This document shows positions 33,281 to 45,320 of a DNA stretch of 64,000 bases, in pieces. A program made the translations under genes and the position numbers. The notes under the pieces are model-generated. The model had not been told where the DNA came from, did no database searches, and worked only from the letters and a program-made list of their open reading frames with translations. Within the stretch, counting starts at the first letter, position 1; every line of letters starts with the position of its first letter. This DNA comes from the human T2T-CHM13v2.0 reference genome, Homo sapiens, in the NCBI RefSeq assembly GCF_009914755.1, contig NC_060925.1; one strand, 5' to 3'.

Positions 33281-35419
33281 GGGAGTTTTCACAGCCCAAA
33301 TATTTTAGCAGATCAGATTCCCACTGAATCTGTGCCATAAAATATAACAATTGAAAAGCAGTTCATGATAGAAATCTTAGCCTCTAAACAGTATCTAGCC
33401 GTAGTCAGGCTATTTCTCTTTTCCAGATTATTGATGAAATATTTAAGTACAAATAAACAATATATTGACTATCAAAGAATTCCCCTGGCATATTACAAAG
33501 CCACCACTTTCCCTTAATATTTAGAAAAATATTTGTGTCCAGAACATGGAAATATATACTATATAAGATGCTGCAATAAAGTATTTAGACATGCAACAGC
33601 CAACATTTATTAGAGATCATTTACATTTTAAAAGATACTTCAGTAAGGTTTGATTAAGCATATTAACATTTTTGAGAAATGATCTGCTATGAGACTAACT
33701 TATCAATAGATGGTAAGAACCTTTCAATAGATTAAGCCATTGGTGGAACTAGAAAGAGAATCCACATATTCACGGACCACGACATGAGATAATTCTACTT
33801 TTCTGTATGTTTGTTTTTCTCTCCACCCACTCATTCATTCAAGCTGAAATATGACATGCTACATGTGTTGATTATTGCACTTCATTCTTGCCCATCTTAA
33901 CATGCTAATATATTGTACTGCGTGGCAGTGCTTGTGCCAAGATGTAAACACAAATTACCAGTGTGTCCCAGTACATAATGCCTTTGCCTTACATGATCCC
34001 ATGGCCCTGAATTTGTATACCTTATAATAAAAAATAAAATCTAGTTCAATTATTTTGCCACTTTATGAAGATACTCATAGTTAATATCAATAACATATTA
34101 TTTGTGATTATTTTAGCTTGTTTTGATCATACAAGCTTAAAGAAATAAAAGAGCATTACAGCCTTACTCCCACCCCGCCAGTTCCTAGGGGAACATTTGT
34201 GGAGAGAGGAGTCCTCACTTGTCTTCCTTAATTTTGCCCTAAAAGCAGATTTTATCACCAGGGGAGGCACATTGAGCAGCCCACCCCTGGGAGTGACCCT
34301 CCGGGTTTTTCATGGCTTCCACAAGTACTATTTGCCTTTGCCCACATTTTTGCTCCTTTGAGAGATTCCTGGACCACAATGGGGCAGGGGTCGGGGAAAG
34401 GAGGGAGTGCCTCCAACAAATAAGGGCACCAACACTCCCCAGCCTTGCTTCTGCCTAACCCCAGCACAGAGGTATATTTTAGATATCCCCAGAACGTTAA
34501 AGTGAAGATGGAAGCCGGTCCCATACAGGTGGCAATGGAAATGGGTGAGTGGATAAACACCCCAAGGTGGTGACAATGAAGGGAGAAGGGAGGTTTTCTC
34601 ACTCTAGTTAGGAACAGCCAATGCTAAGCATTCACACACAACCAGAAGTGTGCACACAGATGCACACCCACAGACACCTGTACCTCCTCCCCCTTCATCA
34701 TACAAGCTGGCTGGCTCTATTAGACCACCACACATCCATACTGATGGATTGAAAAAAACTGGTGGGTCTAATCACCATAGCTCTAGAGTGGGCAGCTGCT
34801 ACAGTGGGAAAGGACCAGCATCTCTGGTTCCCCTGGTGTTGGGGAGTCATGACAGGGTGTGCCTATCAGGGCAGGTCCAATTCTGCTATGGTGTGTGTGA
34901 TACCAGACAAATTCCCTTTTATGTTCAGGCTTACTCATTCTATACCAGCAGCCAGCATACACAAAAATTAATGCTTACAGAAGTAAGCCTGTATAAACAG
35001 GTACACACTCAGATCCATACTTAGTGATGCCTAGCCACACTGTCATAGACACAGACATGGATTCACATTCACACACACACATTCTTTCTTCCATCAAAGC
35101 CTCCCCCTCCCCCACCCCTTTGCCTTTTCTAAGACCTCCCTGGCACAGATGGCCCCTCCTTCTGTGCTCCATAAGCACTCCTTTCATGTCTCCCTTAGAG
35201 ACTACATATTGTGTACCGTGATTCTTGGTTCTTGGTTACCACACTGGTCTCTCTTCCTAGGCTATGATGCTTCCAGGGGAGGTCTGTAGCTTATATCCCC
35301 AGCACTAATGTCTGAGCTTGACACATTATAGGTACTCAGTTCATTTATGATGTGACTCTATGTACAGAGGTACCCCAGATATTTGTAACATAGAAACGCT
35401 TCCACTAAAGGACACCCAT

Positions 35420-35928
35420 GGTTCAGTTCTATCAATTTTCTTTCCTGTAAAAATGAGAATAATAATATTGCACTTCTCATTTCACAGGCTCGCTATGAGA
35501 CCCAATGTATTTGAAAATATTTGATAAAATAGTAAGCACCATACAAATTATGATATTATAGACTATAAGAGTAATATTAAATAATATTATTAAATGAATG
35601 GGGAGGTGATAAGTAGTGACTTAAAAAGTCCGGCTTTGTGGCTCTGTCATATGCTAGCTGTGTGAATTTAGTTGTAAGTTACTTAACCTTTTTGGACCTT
35701 AGTTTTCTAATCTGTAAAATGAGAATAATCAAAGCATGTTATGTAATGTTATGTCATGTTTTTTTCTGAAGGTGAACAAGATAATATATGTAAAGTGCTT
35801 AAACTAATGCCTAGAACTCATGTTCAGTAAGTGTTGGCTATCATTATTATTATTATTCAGTATAAATACATATTGAGGAACAGATATATATTGACATAGA
35901 AAAATAAACATATCCAGATATACTCACC

Positions 35929-35972
<44 letters not shown>

Positions 35973-36240
35973 TGTCCATAGCTCTGGTGGCCAAACTACA
36001 ATGAGCATTTTCCATGTGTCAGACCTAGGTATAGTGACTTTGCTCATATTAACTTATTTAACCTTCACCACAAACCTGTGAGGTAGGTAGGTACTGTTGT
36101 CCCGATTTTGTGTATAAGAAAACTAGGACATGGAAAAGATGGTAATCTACTCAAGGTCACATAGCTAATAAATTATGGAGCTAAGATAGAGATTCAGGTG
36201 GTCTAAATTCAGAAACTGCACTCTCAGACACAAAGTACTA
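35420..36240. mobile_element. MIR fragments flanking a (TG)n repeat
   Basis: CTGTAAAATGAGAATAAT MIR cores, with a reverse-orientation MIR after the (TG)n. Confidence 0.65.
35931..35971. repeat. (TG)~20 microsatellite
   Basis: Perfect TG run. Confidence 0.97.
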
Positions 36241-36376
36241 CTGTTTCTGTCATTGTATCCTACACAGATATACTCACACAGAACTATTCACCAAAATGCA
36301 TATGGCAAGGGAGAAATACACATACACACAAAACTTAGATAAATGGCCACCTTTGCATTCAGGGGTGGTTAGTGAG

Positions 36377-36713
36377 TGATATGGTTTGGCTGTGTCCCCA
36401 CCCAAATCTCAACTGGAATTGTACTTGCCATAATTCCCAGGTAGGAGGTAATTGAATGCTATTCTCATGAAAAGAGTAAGTTATCATGAGATCTGATGGT
36501 TTTATAGGGAGCTTACCCCTTTGCTCAGCTCTCATTCTTCTCTCTCCTGCTGCCTTGTAAAGAAGGACATGTTTGCTTCCCCTTCCATCATGATTATAAG
36601 TTTCCTGAGGCCTCCTTAGCCCTGAGGAACTGTGAGTCAATTAAACATTTTTCCTTTATAAATTACCCAGTCTCAGGTATGTTCTTATATCAGCATGAGA
36701 ATGGACTAACACA
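36377..36713 (+). mobile_element. THE1-family (MaLR) solo LTR
   Basis: TGATATGGTTTGGCTGTGTCCCCACCCAAATCTC...AATTACCCAGTCTCAGGTATG...GGACTAACACA. Confidence 0.9.
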
Positions 36714-36917
36714 GTGTCAGTGTAGTTTAAATACTTACTGCACATCTAGTGCTTTGCCAGATACTGTTGGACTACAAAGGCTTTGTAATTATTTGTTACT
36801 TTTATGAGACATCTGTTTCCAACCTATTTTTTAAAATTTTGTACCCCATAGATAAAAATTTAGGGCATACATACTGAGTATATGTATATTTATATGTATA
36901 TACCCAATTATAACTAC

Positions 36918-36982
36918 ATAATATACTAGTACAGTAGTACATGTATAAGCTTTGTACATGTACTACTGTACTAGTATATTAT
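36918..36982. repeat. Perfect 28-bp inverted repeat with 9-nt loop
   Basis: ATAATATACTAGTACAGTAGTACATGTA (36918-36945) / TACATGTACTACTGTACTAGTATATTAT (36955-36982). Confidence 0.95.
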
Positions 36983-37344
36983 ATAATTATGATATACAAA
37001 AGATATGCAAAGATATGATAAAAATATTTATTTTAAAATTTGTAAGTATTTATCAATAGATACATTTATAAATTTAAATATTCATATTTATTATTAAATA
37101 TATGATAAACTTAAAAATAATATTAATAAACTAATTAATTTTATTTATTAACAGCACAAAAACCAATTAACAGCATAAGGTTTTATTGATCATGTATAAC
37201 TTCTGAGAGCAATAAGCTTAATTTTGTTAAACTCATTGTTTAACCCTTTGAGATAATGATTTGATCATCTGGTTTTAAGATCAATTTATTTAGAATCTGT
37301 TTTTTGGCTGATATAGCAGAAAGAGATGTAATACAAAAATTCAG

Positions 37345-37940
37345 ATGGTATCACAAAATATGATAAGCATGTGAAGTGATGGATATGTAAATTAGCTTGA
37401 TTTACTCATTCCACAGTGTAAACATATATCAACACATCACATTGTACATCATAAATGTATACCATTTTTATTTGTCAATTTAAAAAAAAATAAGAAAAAG
37501 TGGAAACATCCCAAAGGTCCATCAACTGATGGATGGATAAACAGAATGTGATATAACCATACAATAGACTACTATTCGGCAAGAAAAGAAACAAAGTACT
37601 AATACATGTGACAACATGGATGAACCTCAAAAACATTATGCTGAGTGAAAGAAGCCAGACACAAAGACCACATATTGCGTGACTCCATTCATATGGAAAG
37701 GTACAGAATGAGCAAATCTATAGAAACAGAGGTAGATTAATGGCTGTGCAGGGATAAGATCGGGTAAAGAAAGGTACCAGGGAGTGATTGCTAATCAGCA
37801 GAGTTTCATCTTGGGATGATGGAAATATTCTAAAATTAGATTTTGGTGATGATTTCATGACTCTGTAAATATACTAAAAAACATTGAGCTGTGTGCCTTA
37901 ACTATGGTATGTTAAGTATATCTCAATAAAGCTATTAGAA
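37345..37940 (+). mobile_element. L1MA- and L1MB-type 3' end fragments
   Basis: GATGGATATGTAAATTAGCTTGATT...; ATGAACCTCAAAAACATTATGCTGAGTGAAAGAAGCCAGACAC...CTCAATAAAGCT. Confidence 0.75.
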
Positions 37941-37975
37941 AATTCAGAAGACATAATGTGTGATATTTATGTCAC

Positions 37976-38669
37976 TGTAGTGGGTAAAGGGCGTGATGTC
38001 TTTTCTCACCCATCATAAGGGTCACAGCTGACACTCCTTTAACAAAAGACAGGTTAACATGAAAAGCATAACATATTTATCTAATCAGAGTTTTACATGA
38101 CACAGGAGTCTTCAGAATGAAGACCCAAAGATCCAAAGGAAAACTGTCCATTTTTATGCCTAGATTTGATGCAGAGTGGATAGCCGTGCAGAAATGCGAC
38201 TGGACAAAAAGGGAATGATCTTACAGCAACAGACTGAATGAGGAAACCCAGGAAAGCCTGCCTGTTAAGATTCTACTTGGTCTCTCTGTGTGGCATTCCT
38301 TTTTCCAGGGATAGTGCAAGACCCCTTTTAGAATGAGGGTCTTATAATCTACTTGCAGACAGAGTAGGTCAGAGAATTTCTGTATGGTCAGCTCTTACAC
38401 AGAAAAATGGGAGAATGTTAGAATACTATTTCTAGGTTTTATGGCTGGCTTTGGAGAGAGGGGTTCTAGTTTCTATGATCCACCTTGGGGAAGAGAAATT
38501 CTAGTTTCTATGGCTTGCCCTTGGGGGAGAAAAGGGAGCAAGAAGAAAGGAGGGCATGAGAAGTTCAGAGAGAGACTTTGCTTTTAAGGGATTTTCAATC
38601 ACCTTTTGTTCAAAGTACTCAGCATGCCAAAGTGCCATACTTTGAGTTATCATTTTCTGAATCCCAACA
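37976..38669 (-). mobile_element. MER34/MER39-like ERV1 solo LTR
   Basis: Reverse strand begins TGTTGGGATTCAGAAAATGATAACTCAAAGTATGGCACTTTGGCATGCTGAGTACTTTGAAC; TG...CA ends. Confidence 0.7.
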
Positions 38670-41600
38670 ATTCCTATTTTCACTGTACTTCTCTATTTAT
38701 TATTTTATCTAGTATATATTTTTATTTATTGTTATTGATTATATCATAAATGGTGAGGGTTTTTATCATTTTTTATTTGTTTGCTTTCTTTAAAGGAATA
38801 GAAGAGACTACCACCAGTTGTAGCAGTACTTTTGAAAACTTACCATCTATGTGACCCGAACCGTGGTAGGAGTGAGCACAGTCAGAGGTTAAAGATAGAC
38901 AATAGTATCCCCTAGTTTGCTCTGTACTTATCTATGGTCCACTTGTGCTGGTGAGCTGATATGTGTGGTGGATAACCATTCCCAATTTTTTAAAATTAAA
39001 GTAAAATTTCCAATTTATTTTATATAAGCCAATATTATCCCATTAGTAATAATTACAGGGGAAAAAACAGAAACTCTTTTGTGACAAAAGTATTTTAGCA
39101 TCTATATAAACACCATAAGTGATAGGACATAATTTGAGAGCTATTTATTTTCACTAAACATATATTAATAAAACAATGTTTCCAATCCCTCAACCCATTC
39201 AGACATATACACATTGTTGTGGGAGATCATTTTTCTTATGAAAGAATAAAATGTGTGCTATAAGAAAAAAAATCAAAAGTCTAACAGAAGTTAATCACTG
39301 ATTGTGTTAACTAAATTATTATTCTCATTTTTCTTACTTATCTATGAAATATTCCAAAGTTTTATTGAAATTTGGACAGTAAGTCTCTTTCTAATGTGAA
39401 TTAGTTTTTCTTTTAACAATGGGTTTAAAATCCATAAAACTCTTGATTTGGAAAAATTTTTAACAGCTTAGATATTTATGCTTCCAAGTGTTTCAAGTGT
39501 TCAGATATAACAGATTTTAATATATGTCACATTTTCATTATTTGGGGTAGCAAAAATCACATAACAATGGAAAAATTTCTAAATTAAATCTCTTCAAAAT
39601 GCCTTCTCCATTGCACAATGTTTTTAAAAGTTACCATTTAATTCATTTAAAAATAGTACTTAAAGAGACACGTTGCGTGTGCATTCATTTTTTTAATCTG
39701 CTGGTAGCATACCATTGACATTGTCATAAAAAATAACTTTGGAACACTTATCTTAAAGTTGAGCAACTCTTTAAGTACTCTTTACATACTTTACCACTTG
39801 CCAAACAGCACTTTTCGTGTGGAACAGTAGAATTTTATGGCATTTTCCAGTTTCATTTATTGCAAAGATTCTATAATATTTTAAAAGACTCATATTTCTA
39901 AAACTAACTACATGGGTACATCTTGCATACTTTGGCTTCAAATTATGCACATTTCTTGCATAGTAATTACTTGGTGAATAAATTTTGTTTGTGATGGTCT
40001 CTCTGACTCCAGGCTGTTTATATTTATTTGAGTTAAAGCAGCCTTTTCCTCAGTAGTTACACTTCCATAATTTTTCCATAAATTATTCCTTCTATTGAAG
40101 ATCATTTCAGTTGTGAATATATCTGCTCCCATACATTTTTCCATTTATATCCCCTTAAAAAGAGTTCTTCATGTATTTCAAAAGATTCTGAGACAGAATC
40201 TATAAAGTACCACAAGTTCAAACATGTTAGAAATAGCTGCTGTTTTTTAATCCACATAAATAGCAAACTTACATAATTACAACACTGCATAAATTGATCT
40301 AATACTTGTTTCTTCAAATTTTCAGGAATGTTCAGGAGTGTTTCCCAGGTGTCTATCAATGGAATCTGTCAATATGAGAAAGGATTTTAGTTTATCACTT
40401 TACTGGTTTCTGAGTATTATTTCAGCTATTTCCCCAACAGTTTGGCTTTTGCTATAAAATAAGAAACTTTAGAAGAGGTTTCTAAACATTTATCTTTATA
40501 TTTAGTGAAATGTTTTAAAGTACTGGATTGAGTGTGGTATAATTTTACATATCACTGGAAAATTTGAGAGATTTGCTTTCCTATTTTGGATGCCTAATTT
40601 TTAAAACCAGTTTGCTGAAGTATAATTTATATACAGTAAAACTAATCCTTCAGAGGTGCCCTGTTTTACAAATTCCACAAACGTATTGAGTGTGTAAGCA
40701 ACACACTCAAACTATAGAACATTTCCATTACCCTGGCAAGTTCCCTGTACCTTTTAGTAGCCAATCCTTTTACCTGCATCCAACCTCAGACAACCACAGA
40801 TCTGATTTCCGTTCCTATAGTTTTGCCTTTTCCAGAATGCCATAAAAATAGAATTGCTTAGTATAGGAAGTATAGACTTTCAAGTCTGGTTTCTTTTACT
40901 TAGTACAAAGTCTTTTTTATTATTCATCCATGTTGTTGCACGTATCAGTACTTTATTCTTTTTTATTACTGAGTAGTATTCCATTGCATAGATGTAGCAC
41001 AATTTGTTTATTCACTCACAAACTAATAGACATTTGGGTGGTTTCTAGTTTTTGGATATTAAGAATATAGCTAATAAATTTGGTATAACCGTGCACATAC
41101 AGGTATTATGAGGGCACATGCATTCAGTTCTCCTGGGTAAATAACCAAGAATAAAACTGTTGGATTGTATGGTGAGTGTATGTTTCCTCAGCCCACAGGA
41201 AACCACTGTTCTACTTTCTGTTGCTAGACGTTATTTGGTGTTTTTAGAATTTTATATATTGACCATACAATATGTTTTGGCTTTGTCTGCTTTTTTTTAG
41301 TCAGTCGTTATGTTGAGATTCATCCATGTTGTTATGTATTAGTTAGCTGTTCCTTTTTATTGCTACATAGTATTCATTTATCCTTCCCAGAGCTCTTCAG
41401 TCGATTGTGTAGATCCAAATTTCTATGTGGTAACGTAATCCTTCTGCCTGAAGAACTTTAACTATTATTACAAAGCAAGTAAGCTGTCAGTGAATTTTCT
41501 CACCTATTGTTTTTATGAAAATGTCTTTGCTTTCCTTTTCAAAAACTTTTCTTTGTGTATAGAACTCTAAGTTGACAGTGGTTTTTATTTTTTCTTCAGT

Positions 41601-42162
41601 ACTTTAAAAATGTTGCTTCATTTCTTTTTTGGCTTGTATAGTTTCTGATGAAAAGTCTACACTAAGTAGTCTCTTTGTTTTGCTGTATATAATGTGTTCC
41701 TCATCCTTTTTCCCCAGCTGCCTTCAAAATTTTCTCTTTATTTTAGATTTTTAGCAGGTTGATTATGATGTATCTAGGCATGTGTAAGGTTTTCTTTGTT
41801 TGTTTGTTTGTTTGGTGTATATCCTTTTTGGGTTGTTTGAGCTTGGATCTGTGATTTACTGTCATTCACTATTTTTGGAAAATTCTTGGCCATTCATTAT
41901 GTCTCCAAATATTTCTTCTTCCCCATTTTCTTTCTCTTATCCTTTTGGGACTCCAATTATATGTACATTATTATGTTTGATATAATTCCACATCTCTTGA
42001 ATGCCCTGTTCTGATTTTATTCTCCCACTCTTCTTCTTTCTTTCTGTATTTTTGTTTGGGTAATTTCTGTTGACAGATCTTCCAGTTAATTGATTCTTTC
42101 TAGCTGGGTTCATACTTCCACTAAGGAGTATGTTGAAAGCATTTTTTATCTCCACTATTAGT

Positions 42163-42504
42163 TTTGTTTTTGGTTTTTTTTGTTTGTTTGGTTTTTGTTT
42201 TTGTTTTTGTTTTTGTTTTTGTTTTGAGATGGAGTTTCGCTCTTGTTACCCAGGAGGGAGTGCAATGGCGTGATTCGGCTCACTGCAACCTCTGCCTCCC
42301 AGATTCAAGCACCCGTGCCTCAGCCTCCCAGGTAGCTGGGATTATAGTCACCCACCATCACACCTGGCTAATTTTTGTATTTTTAGTAGAGAAGGGGTTT
42401 CACCATGTTGGCCAGGCTGGTCTCGAACTTCTGACCTCAGATCATCTACCTGCCTCAGCCTCCCAAAGTGCTGGGATTATAGGCATGAGCCACCGTGCCT
42501 GGCC
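42163..42504 (-). mobile_element. AluS-like SINE with (TTTTTG)n tail
   Basis: Alu dimer, reverse complement. Confidence 0.93.
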
Positions 42505-42533
42505 AATATTAGGTTTTAATTTCTAGCAGTACA

Positions 42534-42863
42534 CAGATGTTGAAACTAGCATGCAGGAACTTTACAATAACTATGATTAATATGTGAAAGGATATAGTAG
42601 AAAAGGTAGCATGTATAAAAGATGGGGAATTTCAGAAGAAAGATGTCTTCTTCTGAAAAAGATGGGAGAAATTCCCTATCTTTTATACATGCTTCTTCTT
42701 CTGAAAAAGATGGGAGAAATTCCTTATCTTTTATACATCTTTCTTCTTCTCAAAAAGATGGGAGAAATTCCCCATCTTTTATACATGCTACCTTTTCTAC
42801 TATATCCTTTCACATATTAATCATAGTTATTTTAAAATTCCTGTATGCTAGTTTCAACATCTG
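42534..42863. repeat. 100-bp inverted repeat (3 mismatches) with three tandem 48-bp units (third unit runs into the right arm)
   Basis: Arms 42534-42633 and 42764-42863; units start at 42646, 42694 and 42742. Confidence 0.95.
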
Positions 42864-42901
42864 GGTATTGGATGTTGACTTCATTGTTTCTTGATCGTAG
42901 G

Positions 42902-42903
<2 letters not shown>

Positions 42904-42938
<35 letters not shown>

Positions 42939-42952
42939 TGTGTGTGTGTGTG
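42904..42952. repeat. (TG)n microsatellite
   Basis: Near-perfect TG run. Confidence 0.95.
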
Positions 42953-45000
42953 ATGTAATTTTTGAGTGAATGCCAGACTTTGCATGAACAGTAGAGACCT
43001 GGGGTAAATATTGTTAAAATATTGTTAACAGTGGAAAATGAGAATGACTCTTCTTGTGTAAGGCCATTAATATGGAGAATTGACTCGATCTGTCAGGAGT
43101 TGAGCTGGGTTTAGGTTTTGTTGTTGCTATGGTTACCATCAGTGCACCACAGGCTTCTAATTCTTCCATTGGTGGGCCGCCTTTGCCTTGTGCCTAGAGT
43201 GGACACTGGTATGCCAGAGTCTTCTCTCAGGTTTATTGTTCTACCATCAGCTTTCAGCTTTCCTGAATGCCTGTACCACAGGGAAGATCTCTCACCATGG
43301 ATTTTCCCCATCCCCAGTCTTAGACTACTGTTGCTTGTTACTTTTTGCCAGGTTTGTGTTCAGGGTAGATGGATTTATCTGTTGTTCTACTCCAGTCTAT
43401 GTCTTAGGGAGGGCCTCTGAAATTGGGCCTCTCTCTGCATTCCTGTCACTCCGTCTTGTGGCAGCCAAATTCTGCTTTGTATTAATAATAGTTGATCTTG
43501 AACAAGAGTTTTCTTCGCCTTTCCTAGTGGTAGAAAACCTCTGCCTTATATCAGTTTGAGATGTTAGGTCCAAGATGATTTTGTGCATCTCCCCAGAGAT
43601 AGCCTTTTCTTATACCCCTAACCCCTCTCCATAATGCATCTTTTCCTGGGCTTTGGGCAACAGTCTTTGCTGCCACTCTTCCAGAAGTTTAAAGCTTTTG
43701 CTTCACATGAGAAAAGAGTCTGGGGAGGGAAGTGTATGGTGTTTTGTGTCTGGCCACACAGACCTACCAGTTACTTTCTGTATACCTGCTACACCCATGG
43801 TCTTTTCTTCCTGATTTAATTGATACACAATAACTGTACATATTCATTGGGTACATGTGATATTTTCATACATGCATATAATGTGTAATGATCAAGTCAG
43901 GGTGTTTAAAATATCCATCACTTCGAATATTTATCATTTTTTTGTGTTGGGAACATTTCAAATCTTCTCTGGTAGATGTTTTGAAATAGACAATAAGTTA
44001 TTAGTAACTATAGTCACCCCACTGTGCTATCAAACACTAGAACTTATTCCTTCTCTCTAACTGTATGTTTTCATCCATTAACCAACCTCTTTTCATACCT
44101 CTACCTTTTCCCAGCCTCTGGTAACCATCATTCTAATCTCTACCTCCATGAGATCAACTTTTAGTTCCCACATATGCAGTGAGAACATGCAATAACTGTC
44201 TTTCTGTGCCTGGTTTATTTCTCTTAACATAATGTCCTCCAGTTCCATCCGTGTTACTGCAAATTACATGCTTTTATTCTTTTTATGGCTGAATAGTATT
44301 CCATTGTATATATACCATATTTTCTTTATTTATTCATGGACACTTAGGTCGATTCTGTATCTTGGCTATTCTGAATAGTGCTGAAATAAACATGGAGGTG
44401 CAGGTATTCCTTTGATATACTGATTTCTTTTCCTTTGAATACATGCCCAGTAGTGGGATTACTGGATCATATGGTACTTCAATTTTTAATTTTTTGAGAA
44501 ACCTCTATGCTGTTTTCCATAATGGCTGTACTAATTGACATTTTCACCAACAGTGTATGAGTCCCTTTTTCCACATCATCATCAGCACTTGTTATTTTTT
44601 GTCTTTTTGACAATAACCATTCTAACTGGGGTGAGATGATATCTGATTGTGGTTTTGATTTGCATTTCCCTAATGATTAGCAACGTTGAACATTTTTTCA
44701 CATGTCTGTAGGCCATTTATATGTCTTCTTATGAGAAATGTCTATTCACATCTGTTGCCCGCTTTTTAATGGGATTACTGGCTTTTGTTTTGTTTTGTTT
44801 TGTTGCTGTTGAGTTGAGTTCCTTGTATATTCTAGATATCAGTTCCTTGTCAGATGAATAGTTTGCAAATATTTTCTCCCATTGTACAAGTTGCCTCTTT
44901 ATCAATTGTTTCTTTTGCAGTGCAGAACCTTTTTAGCTTAATATAGTCTTTTCTGTCTGTTTTTGTTTTTGTTGCCCATGCTTTTAAAGTCTTAGTTACA

Positions 45001-45320
45001 GCAGGGCATGGTGGCTCATGCCTGTAATCCTAGTGGCTCAGGAGGCTGAGGTGGGAAGATCACTTGGGGACAGGAGTTTGAGACCAGCCTGTGCAACATA
45101 GTGAGATCCTGTCTCTACAAAAAAAAAAAAAAAAAAAAAAAAATTAGCTGAGCATGGTGTTGTGCGCCTGTAGTCTCATCTACTCAAGAGTCTGAGGTGG
45201 AAGGATCACACAAGCCCAGGAGCTTAAGGCTGCAGTGAGCCATGATCATGCCACTGCACTCCAGCCTGGACAACAGAGGAGACCCCAGATCTACAAAATT
45301 TAATAAATTAAAAAATAAAG
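45001..45320 (+). mobile_element. AluJ-like SINE inside the L1MA
   Basis: Diverged Alu dimer with an expanded middle A-tract. Confidence 0.88.

Noticed and set aside
39938-40359. Possible domesticated hAT transposase gene
   Set aside because: Many stops and frameshifts, and split by an 11.7-kb insertion
42646-42789. CRISPR-like array of palindromic repeats, or a 16-aa repeat protein (LLLKKMGEIPYLLYML)x3
   Set aside because: Units abut with no unique spacers, there are no cas genes and the context is a primate L1; the peptide repeat follows from the 48-bp period
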